From Edaphobacter aggregans (lineage in GTDB: Bacteria; Acidobacteriota; Terriglobia; Terriglobales; Acidobacteriaceae): a stretch of DNA of 32,000 nt. Both the position numbers and the translations under genes were made by a program. The notes under the pieces were generated by a model that was not told the DNA's origin, did not search any database, and saw only the letters and a program-made list of their open reading frames with translations. The DNA is taken from assembly GCF_003945235.1 (NCBI RefSeq), contig NZ_RSDW01000001.1, positions 2,490,001 through 2,522,000 on the forward strand, given 5' to 3'. The stretch's first letter is position 1; every line of letters begins with the position of its first letter. Positions 1 to 7,863 of the stretch are shown here, one piece after another.

Positions 1-101
1 GCCGGAATATCGTTTACGACTGGCTTCTCTTGCGCGATGGATGGAAGACTGCACAAGGCAACAGCTAGCCCTGTAACTGCAACATGGCAGAACGATCTCA
101 T
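1..101 (-). CDS. Secreted protein, N-terminal fragment only (gene runs off the left edge)
   Basis: The reverse-strand ATG at 101-99 has AAGGA about 10 nt upstream. The translation MRSFCHVAVTGLAVALCSLPSIAQEKPVVNDIP has a signal-peptide layout (hydrophobic core, SIA/QE). It is too short to appear in the ORF track. Confidence 0.35.
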   Translation of the reverse strand, partial: MRSFCHVAVTGLAVALCSLPSIAQEKPVVNDIP

Positions 102-480
102 AGAACTTTTTTCCTTGGAGCCCTCCTGGTGACGGGCCGATGAAAGTTTTAGAAACTATACCATCGCGCAGAAAGCCGCACGAGGCTTGAAGATCAGAAC
201 GACACGCTCTCCATGCCTCCGTCGACGAACCCGCAACTGCAACACGCCGCGCTTGAAAATCTCCTGCACTTCTACTTTTGTATTTGACAGTCGTTCCCCA
301 CATCAGGCTAAATGTTGTCGTTATTTAGTCCGCTCTACAAACATAATCTAAAACCTTGAAGACATTCGTTTGTCTAACGAATCTCTTCTCATGCTCCGCC
401 TCGGCTGCGACATCGCAGAACCGCGCCGGGACGTCTCCCCGCACACACAAATAGAAAGTCCTAACAGGAGTAATGATCCG

Positions 481-3090
481 ATGAGAACTTCACGCAGAGT
501 CGTTGCCGCATTTCTCGCAATGGTCGCACTTATCTTTTGCAGCTGCCCTACAACCCAAGCCCAGACCACACCCTTCAAGCATCCCGGCGTTCTCGTCAGT
601 CAGGCCCAACTCGACTACATCAAGACCATGATCGCGGCGCACACCGAGCCCTTCTACTCTGCATTTCTCAAAGCGCAAAACAGCAACATCGGCCAGCTCA
701 ACTACCAGATTCAGGGCCCGCCGGCGACCGGCATCATCGAGTGCGGCCCCACCTCGAATCCCAACTTCGGCTGTTCCGCCGCCGACAATGACTCCAGCGC
801 CGCCTATCTCCAGGCCCTCCTCTGGTACATCACCGGCAATCAGACTTACGCCAACAACGCGATCGCCATCCTCAACACCTACGGCTACAACCTCAAGGGC
901 TATACCAATTCCAACGCCCCGCTCCAGGCCGCATGGGACTCAGAAAAATTCCCCCGCGCTGCTGAGATCATCCGCTACACCAACGCCGGATGGGCCGATG
1001 CCGACATCCAGCAGTTCAAGACCATGCTCTCCACCGTCATCCTGCCCGGCATCATCAACGGCTCGACCTCCAACGGCAACTGGGAGATCAGCATGATCGA
1101 GGGCATGATCAACATCGGTGTCTTCAACGACGACGTCGCGACCTTCAACAAGGGAGTCCTCTACTGGAAGCAGCGCATCCCGGCCTACTTCTACTACCAC
1201 ACTGACGGCGCTGCACCTGTACCTGCTCCTCGCGGCACCGCAAGCTGGTACGGACAGACCGTCTTTGACTCACGCGTCGACGGCATCTCGCAAGAGACCT
1301 GCCGCGACTTCGGCCACGCCCAGTATGGCATCTCCGGCGCACTCGACGCCGCCGAGACCGCGCGCATCCAGGGTGTTGACCTCTACAATGACGCCTCCAG
1401 TAACGCGCTGCTCCGCCTCACCTCAGCACTTGAGTTCAATGCGAAGTACCAACTCGCCAACTCCTCCACCGTGCCCAGCTATGTCTGCGGCGGCACCGTC
1501 ACCCTGCAGGTCTACCCCACCGACGAGATCGGCTACAACAACTACCACAATCGTCAGGGCCTCGAACTTCCGCTGACTATCCAGTACCTCAATCAGGTCA
1601 TCCGTCAGCTCGCCAACCCCACCGAGTACCACATCATGGTCTATGAAACCCTTAGCCACGGTGGCGACGCCTCGTTTCTGCAGCCCTTCCTCATGCGCAG
1701 CCCGTCGACCGCAGCATCGATCCGCGGCGGCAGCAGCACCACCTTCACCATCAACATCATCCCCGGCAGCGACCCGAACCCCACCGTCGCCTTCAACGTC
1801 AGCGGACTCCCCGCAGGCGTAACCTACAGCTTCAGCCCATCAACGGTCACCGGCGCTGGCTCATCCACCCTCACCATCACCGCCGACTCCACGACAGCCT
1901 CAGGCGTCTATCCACTCACCGTCACCGGCGTAGGTGCCACCGCCATGGAGACCTCCAACCTTCCCCTCACCCTCACCGTCAACGCGGCCTCCTCCGACTT
2001 CACCATCGCCGCCTCACCCTCTGTCATCACAGCAGTCGCCGGCGATATCGCGAACTTCACAATGACCTTCGCGACATCCACCAGCTATCTGGGAAATGTC
2101 GCTCTCAGCGTAACCGGCGGCCTTCCTGCCGGAGCGAGCGCGACCTTCTCCTCGCCCACCATCGGCAGCGGAGCCCCAACCTCAACCTTGTCCGTGGCAA
2201 CCCTCGGTACAACCACACCCGGAGCCTATCCCATCACGGTCTCGGCAACCGACGGCTCCACCACCCACTCAACCACTGCGCTGCTCATCATCAACTCGCT
2301 GAGCAACGCCTGCATCCAGCAACTCGGCAACAACTGGATCAGCGGCACCATCCCCACCCAGACCGGAACCTTTACTGCTGAATGGGATGCAACCCCCTCC
2401 ACAGCGCTCAACAACTCCAACGTCGGCCTCTCCCTCGGACCGCAGTCGGCCTTCACTGGCCTCGCCATCGCAGGACGCTTCAATCCAACCGGCCAGATCG
2501 ACGCACGCAGCGGCGGAGCCTTCGTAGCCGCTAACACCATCAACTACGTAGCCGGTCTGAAGTATCACTTCCGCGCCGTCGTCAACGTCCCGGCAAATAC
2601 CTACTCCATCTACGTCACGCCGTTCGGACAGAGCGAGCTCACCGTCGGCACCAACTACGCCTTCCGCACCGAGCAGAAGGGCATCACCAGCCTCAATTAC
2701 TGGGACGCCATCTCTCAAGTCGGAACCGTCCAACTCTGCAACCTCGTAATCGATACGCCTCCCACCCAAGGCACGGTCCAGTTGGTAACAACCGCTGTCT
2801 TGAACCAGTTGGGCGACGGCACCTACGAAGCAACGATCACCGTGAAGAACAACGGCACAGGCACAGCACCTGCTGTGCAGCTGACTGGAGCGACGCTGGG
2901 CACCGCAGCCGGTTCGCCCCTACCCGTGGCGTTGGGCGACATTCAGCCCGGATCCTCGGCCATCACAGCCGTCGTCTTCCCATCCTCAGCTGGCGCGCCA
3001 GGAACGGCAGCAGCCGAGCGTTACACAGGAACCTACACCGGCGGAACCTTCGGCGGCAGTATCCGTGCAACTCTCCCCGGCGGCAAATAA
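481..3090 (+). CDS. Secreted multidomain polysaccharide-lyase-like protein (alginate-lyase/heparinase-type N-domain, two Ig-like repeats, lectin/CBM-like domain, C-terminal CARDB-like domain)
   Basis: I trimmed ORF 370..3090 to ATG 481, which has AGGAG at 466-470. MRTSRRVVAAFLAMVALIFCSCPTTQAQ is a signal peptide. N-domain motifs (AAYLQALLWYITGNQTYANNA, NWEISMIEGM, CRDFGHAQYG) resemble alpha/alpha-toroid lyases from memory. Two ~95-aa repeats follow (SGLPAGVTYSFSP..LTITAD..YPLTVTG and TGGLPAGASATFSSP..LSVAT..YPITVSA), then beta-rich C-terminal domains. Confidence 0.6.
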   Translation: MRTSRRVVAAFLAMVALIFCSCPTTQAQTTPFKHPGVLVSQAQLDYIKTMIAAHTEPFYSAFLKAQNSNIGQLNYQIQGPPATGIIECGPTSNPNFGCSAADNDSSAAYLQALLWYITGNQTYANNAIAILNTYGYNLKGYTNSNAPLQAAWDSEKFPRAAEIIRYTNAGWADADIQQFKTMLSTVILPGIINGSTSNGNWEISMIEGMINIGVFNDDVATFNKGVLYWKQRIPAYFYYHTDGAAPVPAPRGTASWYGQTVFDSRVDGISQETCRDFGHAQYGISGALDAAETARIQGVDLYNDASSNALLRLTSALEFNAKYQLANSSTVPSYVCGGTVTLQVYPTDEIGYNNYHNRQGLELPLTIQYLNQVIRQLANPTEYHIMVYETLSHGGDASFLQPFLMRSPSTAASIRGGSSTTFTINIIPGSDPNPTVAFNVSGLPAGVTYSFSPSTVTGAGSSTLTITADSTTASGVYPLTVTGVGATAMETSNLPLTLTVNAASSDFTIAASPSVITAVAGDIANFTMTFATSTSYLGNVALSVTGGLPAGASATFSSPTIGSGAPTSTLSVATLGTTTPGAYPITVSATDGSTTHSTTALLIINSLSNACIQQLGNNWISGTIPTQTGTFTAEWDATPSTALNNSNVGLSLGPQSAFTGLAIAGRFNPTGQIDARSGGAFVAANTINYVAGLKYHFRAVVNVPANTYSIYVTPFGQSELTVGTNYAFRTEQKGITSLNYWDAISQVGTVQLCNLVIDTPPTQGTVQLVTTAVLNQLGDGTYEATITVKNNGTGTAPAVQLTGATLGTAAGSPLPVALGDIQPGSSAITAVVFPSSAGAPGTAAAERYTGTYTGGTFGGSIRATLPGGK

Positions 3091-3134
3091 ACCACTACAT
3101 CTACAACTAGCGAAACCTTAGACCAAAGGAATAA

Positions 3135-3653
3135 ATGATGAAGAAAACGGCCCTTATCCTCTCAATGTTTGTGCTCGCAGTGCTTCTGCTGGTCATGCCA
3201 GCCTCGGCGGACACGATCAGCCTCGTCCTCAGCAACCCGGTGCAGTCCGCTGTACCGGGTTCCACCCTGTGGTTCGACGCCACCGTCTCAGCCCCGCTCT
3301 CAAACGCAGCGACGGTTTACCTGAACAGCGTCGACTACGGCATCACCGGCACAAGCACGATCGACGACTCCGGCTTCCTGTCCTACTTTGTCAGCGTTGA
3401 TCCCGGCGAAACTCTGACAGCAAACCTGTTTTCCGTCACCCTACCGCCGGATCTCGCAGTCGGCGTCCCCTACAACGGGTTCTTCATCCTCACCGGAGGC
3501 GGCCCAAACGACTTCAACAATCTCGCCACGGTCGACTTCCAGATCAACACTGTCCCCGAACCCGGCACCTGGGTCCTGCTCGCAACCGGCCTCGGCGCCC
3601 TCGCGATGGCGATCTTCGGTCGTCGTTCTCTGGCCCAAACGGCCACAACCTAG
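3135..3653 (+). CDS. PEP-CTERM sorting-domain protein (exosortase substrate)
   Basis: ATG 3135 follows AAAGGA. The signal peptide is MMKKTALILSMFVLAVLLLVMPASA. The C-terminus VPEPGTWVLLATGLGALAMAIFGRRS (nt 3552-3626) is the canonical PEP motif plus TM helix plus Arg cluster. Confidence 0.85.
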   Translation: MMKKTALILSMFVLAVLLLVMPASADTISLVLSNPVQSAVPGSTLWFDATVSAPLSNAATVYLNSVDYGITGTSTIDDSGFLSYFVSVDPGETLTANLFSVTLPPDLAVGVPYNGFFILTGGGPNDFNNLATVDFQINTVPEPGTWVLLATGLGALAMAIFGRRSLAQTATT

Positions 3654-3673
3654 ACAAGACAAACCTGCAAATC

Positions 3674-3704
3674 AAAGGGGGCTTCGGCCCCCTTTCTCTT
3701 TTTC
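3674..3704 (+). terminator. Rho-independent terminator after the PEP-CTERM gene
   Basis: The hairpin is AAAGGGGGC-UUCG-GCCCCCUUU, a perfect 9-bp stem with a UUCG tetraloop. It is followed by CUCUUUUU. Confidence 0.85.
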
Positions 3705-3718
3705 GTGCCTCAAACCTG

Positions 3719-3747
3719 TTGATCCTGTCTATTTACCGTGGTACATT
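3719..3747 (+). promoter_or_regulatory. Candidate sigma70-type promoter giving a leaderless or near-leaderless RHH mRNA
   Basis: TTGATC (3719-3724) and TACATT (3742-3747) are separated by a 17-nt spacer. The ATG at 3755 lies 8 nt after the -10 and has no SD. A GGTAC-N3-GGTAC repeat (3740-3752) overlaps the -10. Confidence 0.4.
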
Positions 3748-3754
3748 GGTACCA

Positions 3755-4027
3755 ATGAGCGAGCGAAAAGAAACAAACGATGTCCTCGAGATCGAACGAG
3801 TTCAAACCGGTGTTCGCATCGAGAAACGTCTGCTGAAAGTCCTGAAGGCTATCGCGGAACTAAAAGACATGAGCCTGGGAGATCTGCTCGAAGGCATAGT
3901 CCTGCACGCCTTCGAAGGCAAACCCCCTTTCTCTGCCAAGACATTGGAAGACATTGACCAGTTCCGAAAGCTCTACGGAATGACGCTTCGTGCGTCCGAC
4001 AGCCACCATTTGAAGGAGCGCAAATGA
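3755..4027 (+). CDS. Small ribbon-helix-helix (CopG/Arc/MetJ-like) DNA-binding protein
   Basis: I trimmed ORF 3719..4027 from its TTG to ATG 3755. TGVRIEKRLLKVLKAIAELKDMSLGDLLEGIVLHAF fits a beta-strand, helix, helix RHH pattern. The stop overlaps the next ATG (ATGA at 4024-4027). Confidence 0.6.
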   Translation: MSERKETNDVLEIERVQTGVRIEKRLLKVLKAIAELKDMSLGDLLEGIVLHAFEGKPPFSAKTLEDIDQFRKLYGMTLRASDSHHLKERK

Positions 4028-4560
4028 CCCCGTCCACAATCATCTTCGCGATGGTAATCCTAAGCGCGACCAACCTGCGAGAGGTGCAAACGATGCAAGC
4101 GACATACGATCTGGCGCACGTCAGCAACACCTTCCGTTTCGAAGTCGCTGCCCCCCTCAGTCGCGTGGCCCCGCTCTTCGGTCCTGAGGCAGAGCGGAAC
4201 TGGGCTGGCAAACACTGGAACCCGGTCTTTCTCTACCCACAGCCCGCACACGACACCCAGGGGGCGGTGTTCACGGTCCAACACGGCTCACGCAACAGCG
4301 TCTGGGTGAACACGCTCTTCGATCTGCCCGCCGGAAGAATGCAATATGTCTCGTTCATCCCTGACGTCCTCGTTACTACCGTCGACGTAAAGCTAACCCC
4401 TATAGGCGAATCCCATACGTCAGTCGAAGTGACCTATGTTCGAACCGCGCTGCAACCTTCAGCCAATGACGACGTGCGAGCACTCGGGAGCAGCGATCAT
4501 GACAGCGGTCCGCAGTGGCAGGAGGCGATTGAAACGCACCTGGGTCTGAACCGCAAATAG
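4024..4560 (+). CDS. SRPBCC (START/polyketide-cyclase-like) family protein
   Basis: ATG 4024 has AAGGAG at 4013-4018 with a 5-nt spacer, and overlaps the RHH stop. An alternative start is ATG 4093, with GAGGTG 6 nt upstream, which would give the typical ~155-aa SRPBCC length. Family-like segments are ATYDLAHVSNTFRFEVAAPLSRVAPLF and HTSVEVTYVRTAL. Confidence 0.65.
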   Translation: MTPSTIIFAMVILSATNLREVQTMQATYDLAHVSNTFRFEVAAPLSRVAPLFGPEAERNWAGKHWNPVFLYPQPAHDTQGAVFTVQHGSRNSVWVNTLFDLPAGRMQYVSFIPDVLVTTVDVKLTPIGESHTSVEVTYVRTALQPSANDDVRALGSSDHDSGPQWQEAIETHLGLNRK

Positions 4561-4591
4561 AACTACATCTTTCGCAGCCTCATAGAACAAA

Positions 4592-4624
4592 GAAAAGACC
4601 CGGCGAGAGCCGGGCCTTTTTCTT
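4592..4624. terminator. Bidirectional rho-independent terminator between convergent genes
   Basis: The stem CCCGGC / GCCGGG has a GAGA loop. It is extended by an A-run (4593-4596) and a T-run (4617-4621), so it can serve both strands. Confidence 0.75.
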
Positions 4625-4639
4625 GACGAAACATCTCGT

Positions 4640-4990
4640 CTAGCGACCATGATGATCGTCATGGTGCTCATCGTGGTGGTTGCCATGGTCCTCATGGTCC
4701 CAATGGCCTTCATGCATCTGCCAGCCGTTGGCGTAGTGATCATAGTGCGGATGGCTCCAGTAGGCTCCAGCATAAGGAGGCCGCTGCCACACGCCCGGAA
4801 CCCAAACATACCGCCCGCCACGAACTCCCCAGTAGCCATCGACCCACGCATAGCCGGGGCCGGGCATAGCAGGCCGCACCTCATACCGAATCGGCGGTGG
4901 AGGAGTGCCAATGGTGACTGAAATCTGCCCAAACGCTGGGATCGCCATAGCCGAAGCCAAGATACTGCCATACAACCATTTTGCTTTCAT
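4640..4990 (-). CDS. Secreted YXWGXW/WXXGXW-repeat protein with a His/Asp/Glu-rich C-terminal tail
   Basis: I trimmed ORF 4640..5143 to ATG 4990, which has GGAG 9 nt upstream. The signal peptide is MKAKWLYGSILASAMAIPAFGQ. The repeats are YAWVDGYWGVRGGRYVWVPGVW. The last 37 aa contain 13 His and 9 Asp/Glu. Confidence 0.75.
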   Translation of the reverse strand: MKAKWLYGSILASAMAIPAFGQISVTIGTPPPPIRYEVRPAMPGPGYAWVDGYWGVRGGRYVWVPGVWQRPPYAGAYWSHPHYDHYANGWQMHEGHWDHEDHGNHHDEHHDDHHGR

Positions 4991-5249
4991 AGTGTTAGTC
5001 TCCATTTTCATATACTGCCTTTGGACTCTGATGCCGCTCCACGGCAAGCGGCTGTTCGCAAAGAGAACACTTCTCCGCCCTAAAACCGTGGATAAATAAA
5101 GTTGCCTGAAGCGCCGATTTTTGGACACCAAAAAAGTGACCATCAGCTATCCACGTTTGCCACACTTTCCACCGCTAGTTGACCACAAAAAACCATTAGA
5201 ATCAGTGGGTTTTCAGGCTTTTGGGCATTAAAAAAGTGTGTAAAAAAAA

Positions 5250-5918
5250 CTAAACCGAAGTCTCGTCTTCTTCCAGAGGAAAACGCGTTCCGCGACGGCG
5301 GTCGAAGAGCTTGCGGATGACCCAGAAAGCGATCAGGCCTACGAGGATTCCACCCATCCCTAAAACGAGCTGCAGGTGCAGGTGCACCTCCCGCGTGATG
5401 GTGTCCAGGATTGCAGGGCCGTACAGGATCGTAATGATGGCCCAGACCAGAAACCGCAGGAATTTGCCCACGAGAATCGCGCTGAAGTACCACAGCACCT
5501 TCATCTCAAAGACTCCGGCGGCGAACTCAAACAGCTTGATCGGCGTTGGCGGCGGCATCATGGCAGGGATCATGATGGCGAGAAACTCCTGCTTTTCAAA
5601 GCGGTCGCGTAGCTGCTCGTAACGCTTGCGGTTGATCCGCTTGAGCAGAAACAGTTCTCCGCCAGCGCGGCCAATATAGTAGAAAACAAGGCTCCCGACA
5701 GCCGAACCCAGGGCAGCCATGAAGCAATACAAGATAAATCGACGATGATCGTGGACGACGAAATCGATCAGCAGAGCATCGATCGGCAGGGGGATGGCGG
5801 CCGAGTCAATGACCGCAAGCGCGCCGATGCCCCACACGCCGAACGGCTTCAGCAGGGCCAGCATGCCAGCGTTCAAGGCGCTCAACTTATGAAAAAAACC
5901 AGAGGGAGAGATCTTCAC
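5250..5918 (-). CDS. DedA/YqaA-type VTT-domain membrane protein
   Basis: This is a polytopic membrane protein with a GTG start at 5918. The VIDSAAIPLPIDALL segment and overall layout resemble the SNARE-associated/VTT domain. It starts 15 nt after the mog stop, so the two are probably one operon. Confidence 0.6.
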   Translation of the reverse strand: MKISPSGFFHKLSALNAGMLALLKPFGVWGIGALAVIDSAAIPLPIDALLIDFVVHDHRRFILYCFMAALGSAVGSLVFYYIGRAGGELFLLKRINRKRYEQLRDRFEKQEFLAIMIPAMMPPPTPIKLFEFAAGVFEMKVLWYFSAILVGKFLRFLVWAIITILYGPAILDTITREVHLHLQLVLGMGGILVGLIAFWVIRKLFDRRRGTRFPLEEDETSV

Positions 5919-5933
5919 GGGGTCCTATCTATT

Positions 5934-6458
5934 TTACCTGCTGCGCGGCTCATCAAGGGCCACAGGGTGCTCGGTACGCCCAGCCAATAAATCGAGGGCA
6001 TGGGGCAAGAGCGGAAGAATCGCTGCAAGTGAGCTTTGCGCCCCAGCGGGACTGCCCGGCAAATTAACGATCAGTGTGCTTCTGACGCTTCCGCAGACTG
6101 CTCGGCTTAGCGCGGCGAAAGGGGTATGGCGCAGACCTTCGGCCCGCATGCGCTCGGCAAGGCCGTCGATCAGCCGGTCGCAAACCTGTCGGGTCGCTTC
6201 GGGGGTCACATCGCGGGGTGCAAGTCCTGTGCCACCAGTGGTCAGGATCAAACGAGCCGTTCCGGCATGAAAGAGAAGGGCTGCGGCAATCAGATCGAGT
6301 TCGTCCGGCAGGATCGCCGCCTCGACAGCAGACACCCCTGCTGACTCTAGTCCCCCCCGAACTGCCGGGCCTGAGAGATCGAGTTGTTCGCCTCGGTAAC
6401 AGCGGTCGCTGATGGTCAGGACGACGGCGCGGAGATCGGCGGGGAAGCTTGGAGTCAT
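5934..6458 (-). CDS. mog: Molybdopterin adenylyltransferase, MogA/MoaB family
   Basis: [28 protein letters not shown] and LIVNLPGSP match the conserved MogA/MoaB blocks as I remember them from E. coli MogA. Confidence 0.8.
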   Translation of the reverse strand: MTPSFPADLRAVVLTISDRCYRGEQLDLSGPAVRGGLESAGVSAVEAAILPDELDLIAAALLFHAGTARLILTTGGTGLAPRDVTPEATRQVCDRLIDGLAERMRAEGLRHTPFAALSRAVCGSVRSTLIVNLPGSPAGAQSSLAAILPLLPHALDLLAGRTEHPVALDEPRSR

Positions 6459-6642
6459 CCTGAGTAGTGTACGGGTCGGGGGACTCCCTCCCAGACAATC
6501 CTTTTACCGGAATCGCCCAAAAAGATGAGAAAATGGTAAGTGACTACGCAACCGGGCGGGGCCGAATATTGCGACCCGGATGTGGTTTCTCTGTAGTCTT
6601 ACGCAACTTTCGCGTTTCGCAGCCGTCACAACAAGATAGCTC

Positions 6643-7695
6643 ATGCCCTCTCTCGAAACTCCGCCCAAGTCCGCGCCGCCCAACACACCCGTCAAGGTGC
6701 GTACCAACCGCTACGGCGTCCTCGAAGAGCAGGAGCTGATCCATCTCCTAGATGCGCTAGACGACGAACGCGCCCGTGCCCGATTCCGGGAGTCCGTCTA
6801 CATCTCGATCATCATCTGGCTGGCGATCGGCTGGTTCGTGCTGTACGGCCCACAGGTCATCTTCCATCAGCCGCGGCTCATTAATCCGGCGGATGTGCTC
6901 AAGCAGCGCGACAAGGAGCTCACCTTCCTGGACATGCCCAAGGACGTGAGCAAGCAGTTGGAGAAAAAGCCGACGAACGTCATCAGCGACAAGGACCGGA
7001 CGCAGCAAACTACTAAACCGACACTGGACAAGAAGACGCTAGAGCAATTGCAGGCGATGCGCAGGGCCGGAGCTCCCGAATCCACGCCCACACCGCCCGC
7101 GCCCCAACCCCAGCAAGCCGCCCCGGCTCCGCAACAGCAAACACAGCAGCAACCACCTCCGCAGCCTCTGCCGCAGCATCCACCGCAACAGGCCATTGTG
7201 GAAGCTCCAACGCCTGCTCCCACCCGTCCTAACTTCAGTACACCCAACCAGACCGCCGGCGATGCCATCCGCCAAGCCGCCCAGCAAGCAGCCCGGAACC
7301 ACGGCCAGGACGGCGACTACGGTGCAAGCATTCCTGTAGCGCACCAAGGCTTGAACACGGGCGTCGATATTCTCTCCGACACAATGGGCGTCGACTTCAA
7401 TCCTTACCTCCGCAAGATCATCCGGGAGATCTACAACGCCTGGCTCCCGCTGATTCCCGAAGAGGCAAAACCGCCGCTGAGCAAGCAAGGTGAGACGCTG
7501 ATCCGGTTCACGATTCTGCCCGATGGGCGCATCGGCGCGATGAATATTGACGCGTCAACGCAGGATCAGGCGCTGGACCGCGCGGCCTGGGGCTCGATCA
7601 CCAGCGTCGGCCAGTTCCCGCCACTGCCCAGCCAGTTCCACGGTCCCAACCTCGAGCTGCGTATCCACTATCTCGTCAACAAGCGGCCTGAGTAG
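6643..7695 (+). CDS. TonB-family energy-transducer-like protein (N-terminal TM anchor, Pro/Gln-rich linker, TonB C-terminal domain)
   Basis: The TM helix is VYISIIIWLAIGWFVLYG. The linker is PTPPAPQPQQAAPAPQQQTQQQPPPQPLPQHPPQQ. The C-terminal segment GETLIRFTILPDGRIGAMNIDASTQDQALDRAAWGSI is TonB_C-like. Confidence 0.7.
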   Translation: MPSLETPPKSAPPNTPVKVRTNRYGVLEEQELIHLLDALDDERARARFRESVYISIIIWLAIGWFVLYGPQVIFHQPRLINPADVLKQRDKELTFLDMPKDVSKQLEKKPTNVISDKDRTQQTTKPTLDKKTLEQLQAMRRAGAPESTPTPPAPQPQQAAPAPQQQTQQQPPPQPLPQHPPQQAIVEAPTPAPTRPNFSTPNQTAGDAIRQAAQQAARNHGQDGDYGASIPVAHQGLNTGVDILSDTMGVDFNPYLRKIIREIYNAWLPLIPEEAKPPLSKQGETLIRFTILPDGRIGAMNIDASTQDQALDRAAWGSITSVGQFPPLPSQFHGPNLELRIHYLVNKRPE

Positions 7696-7701
7696 GTGCG
7701 G

Positions 7702-7863
7702 ATGGCTGCGTCCGGTTCAACGCAAATGTCGCATAGCAGGCAACAGGAACGGCGGCGGCAGGTTCGCGGCCTCCTACTGCTCGCTCTGGTCATCTTCATC
7801 TTCAGCCTCCTTCGCGGAGACGTGCACCGCATCTTTACACCGGGTTGGTGGCGCCTGTGGTGA
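7702..7863 (+). CDS. Candidate small membrane protein (53 aa), not in the ORF track
   Basis: The ATG at 7702 lies 6 nt after the tonB-like stop. The product is MAASGSTQMSHSRQQERRRQVRGLLLLALVIFIFSLLRGDVHRIFTPGWWRLW, with a basic N-terminus, one TM helix and a Trp-rich tail. GC3 is about 72% by my count, which is coding-like. Its TGA (7861-7863) overlaps an in-frame miaA GTG at 7860. Confidence 0.4.
   Translation: MAASGSTQMSHSRQQERRRQVRGLLLLALVIFIFSLLRGDVHRIFTPGWWRLW

Noticed and set aside
3755-4560. Reading the RHH + downstream gene with ATGA overlap as a type II toxin-antitoxin pair.
   Set aside because: The downstream protein is SRPBCC/START-like, a ligand-binding fold, not a known toxin fold such as RelE, MazF, VapC, HipA or Doc. 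The RHH protein is 90 aa with a long C-terminal tail but no evidence of toxin neutralisation. I kept it only as a regulator-ligand-binder module.
5144-5249. An AT-rich spacer with A/T runs after the DedA-type gene, as a possible sRNA or terminator.
   Set aside because: Only a weak AT-rich 6-bp stem (AAAACC/GGTTTT) with a 13-nt loop can be drawn. There are no convincing promoter or terminator boundaries. It more likely forms part of the upstream control region of the WXXGXW gene.
6459-6642. The divergent mog / tonB-like intergenic region, checked for a Fur box and for tRNA-like structure.
   Set aside because: The best Fur-box-like stretch (GATGAGAAAATGGTAAGTG) matches only about 7 of 19 consensus positions. 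No cloverleaf-compatible sequence is present.
7039-7268. A CAG/CAA/CCG-rich low-complexity DNA stretch that looks like a microsatellite and spawns several overlapping ORFs on both strands.
   Set aside because: It encodes the Pro/Gln-rich spacer typical of TonB-family proteins in the 6643..7695 frame. There is no exact tandem unit, so I do not treat it as a DNA repeat element.
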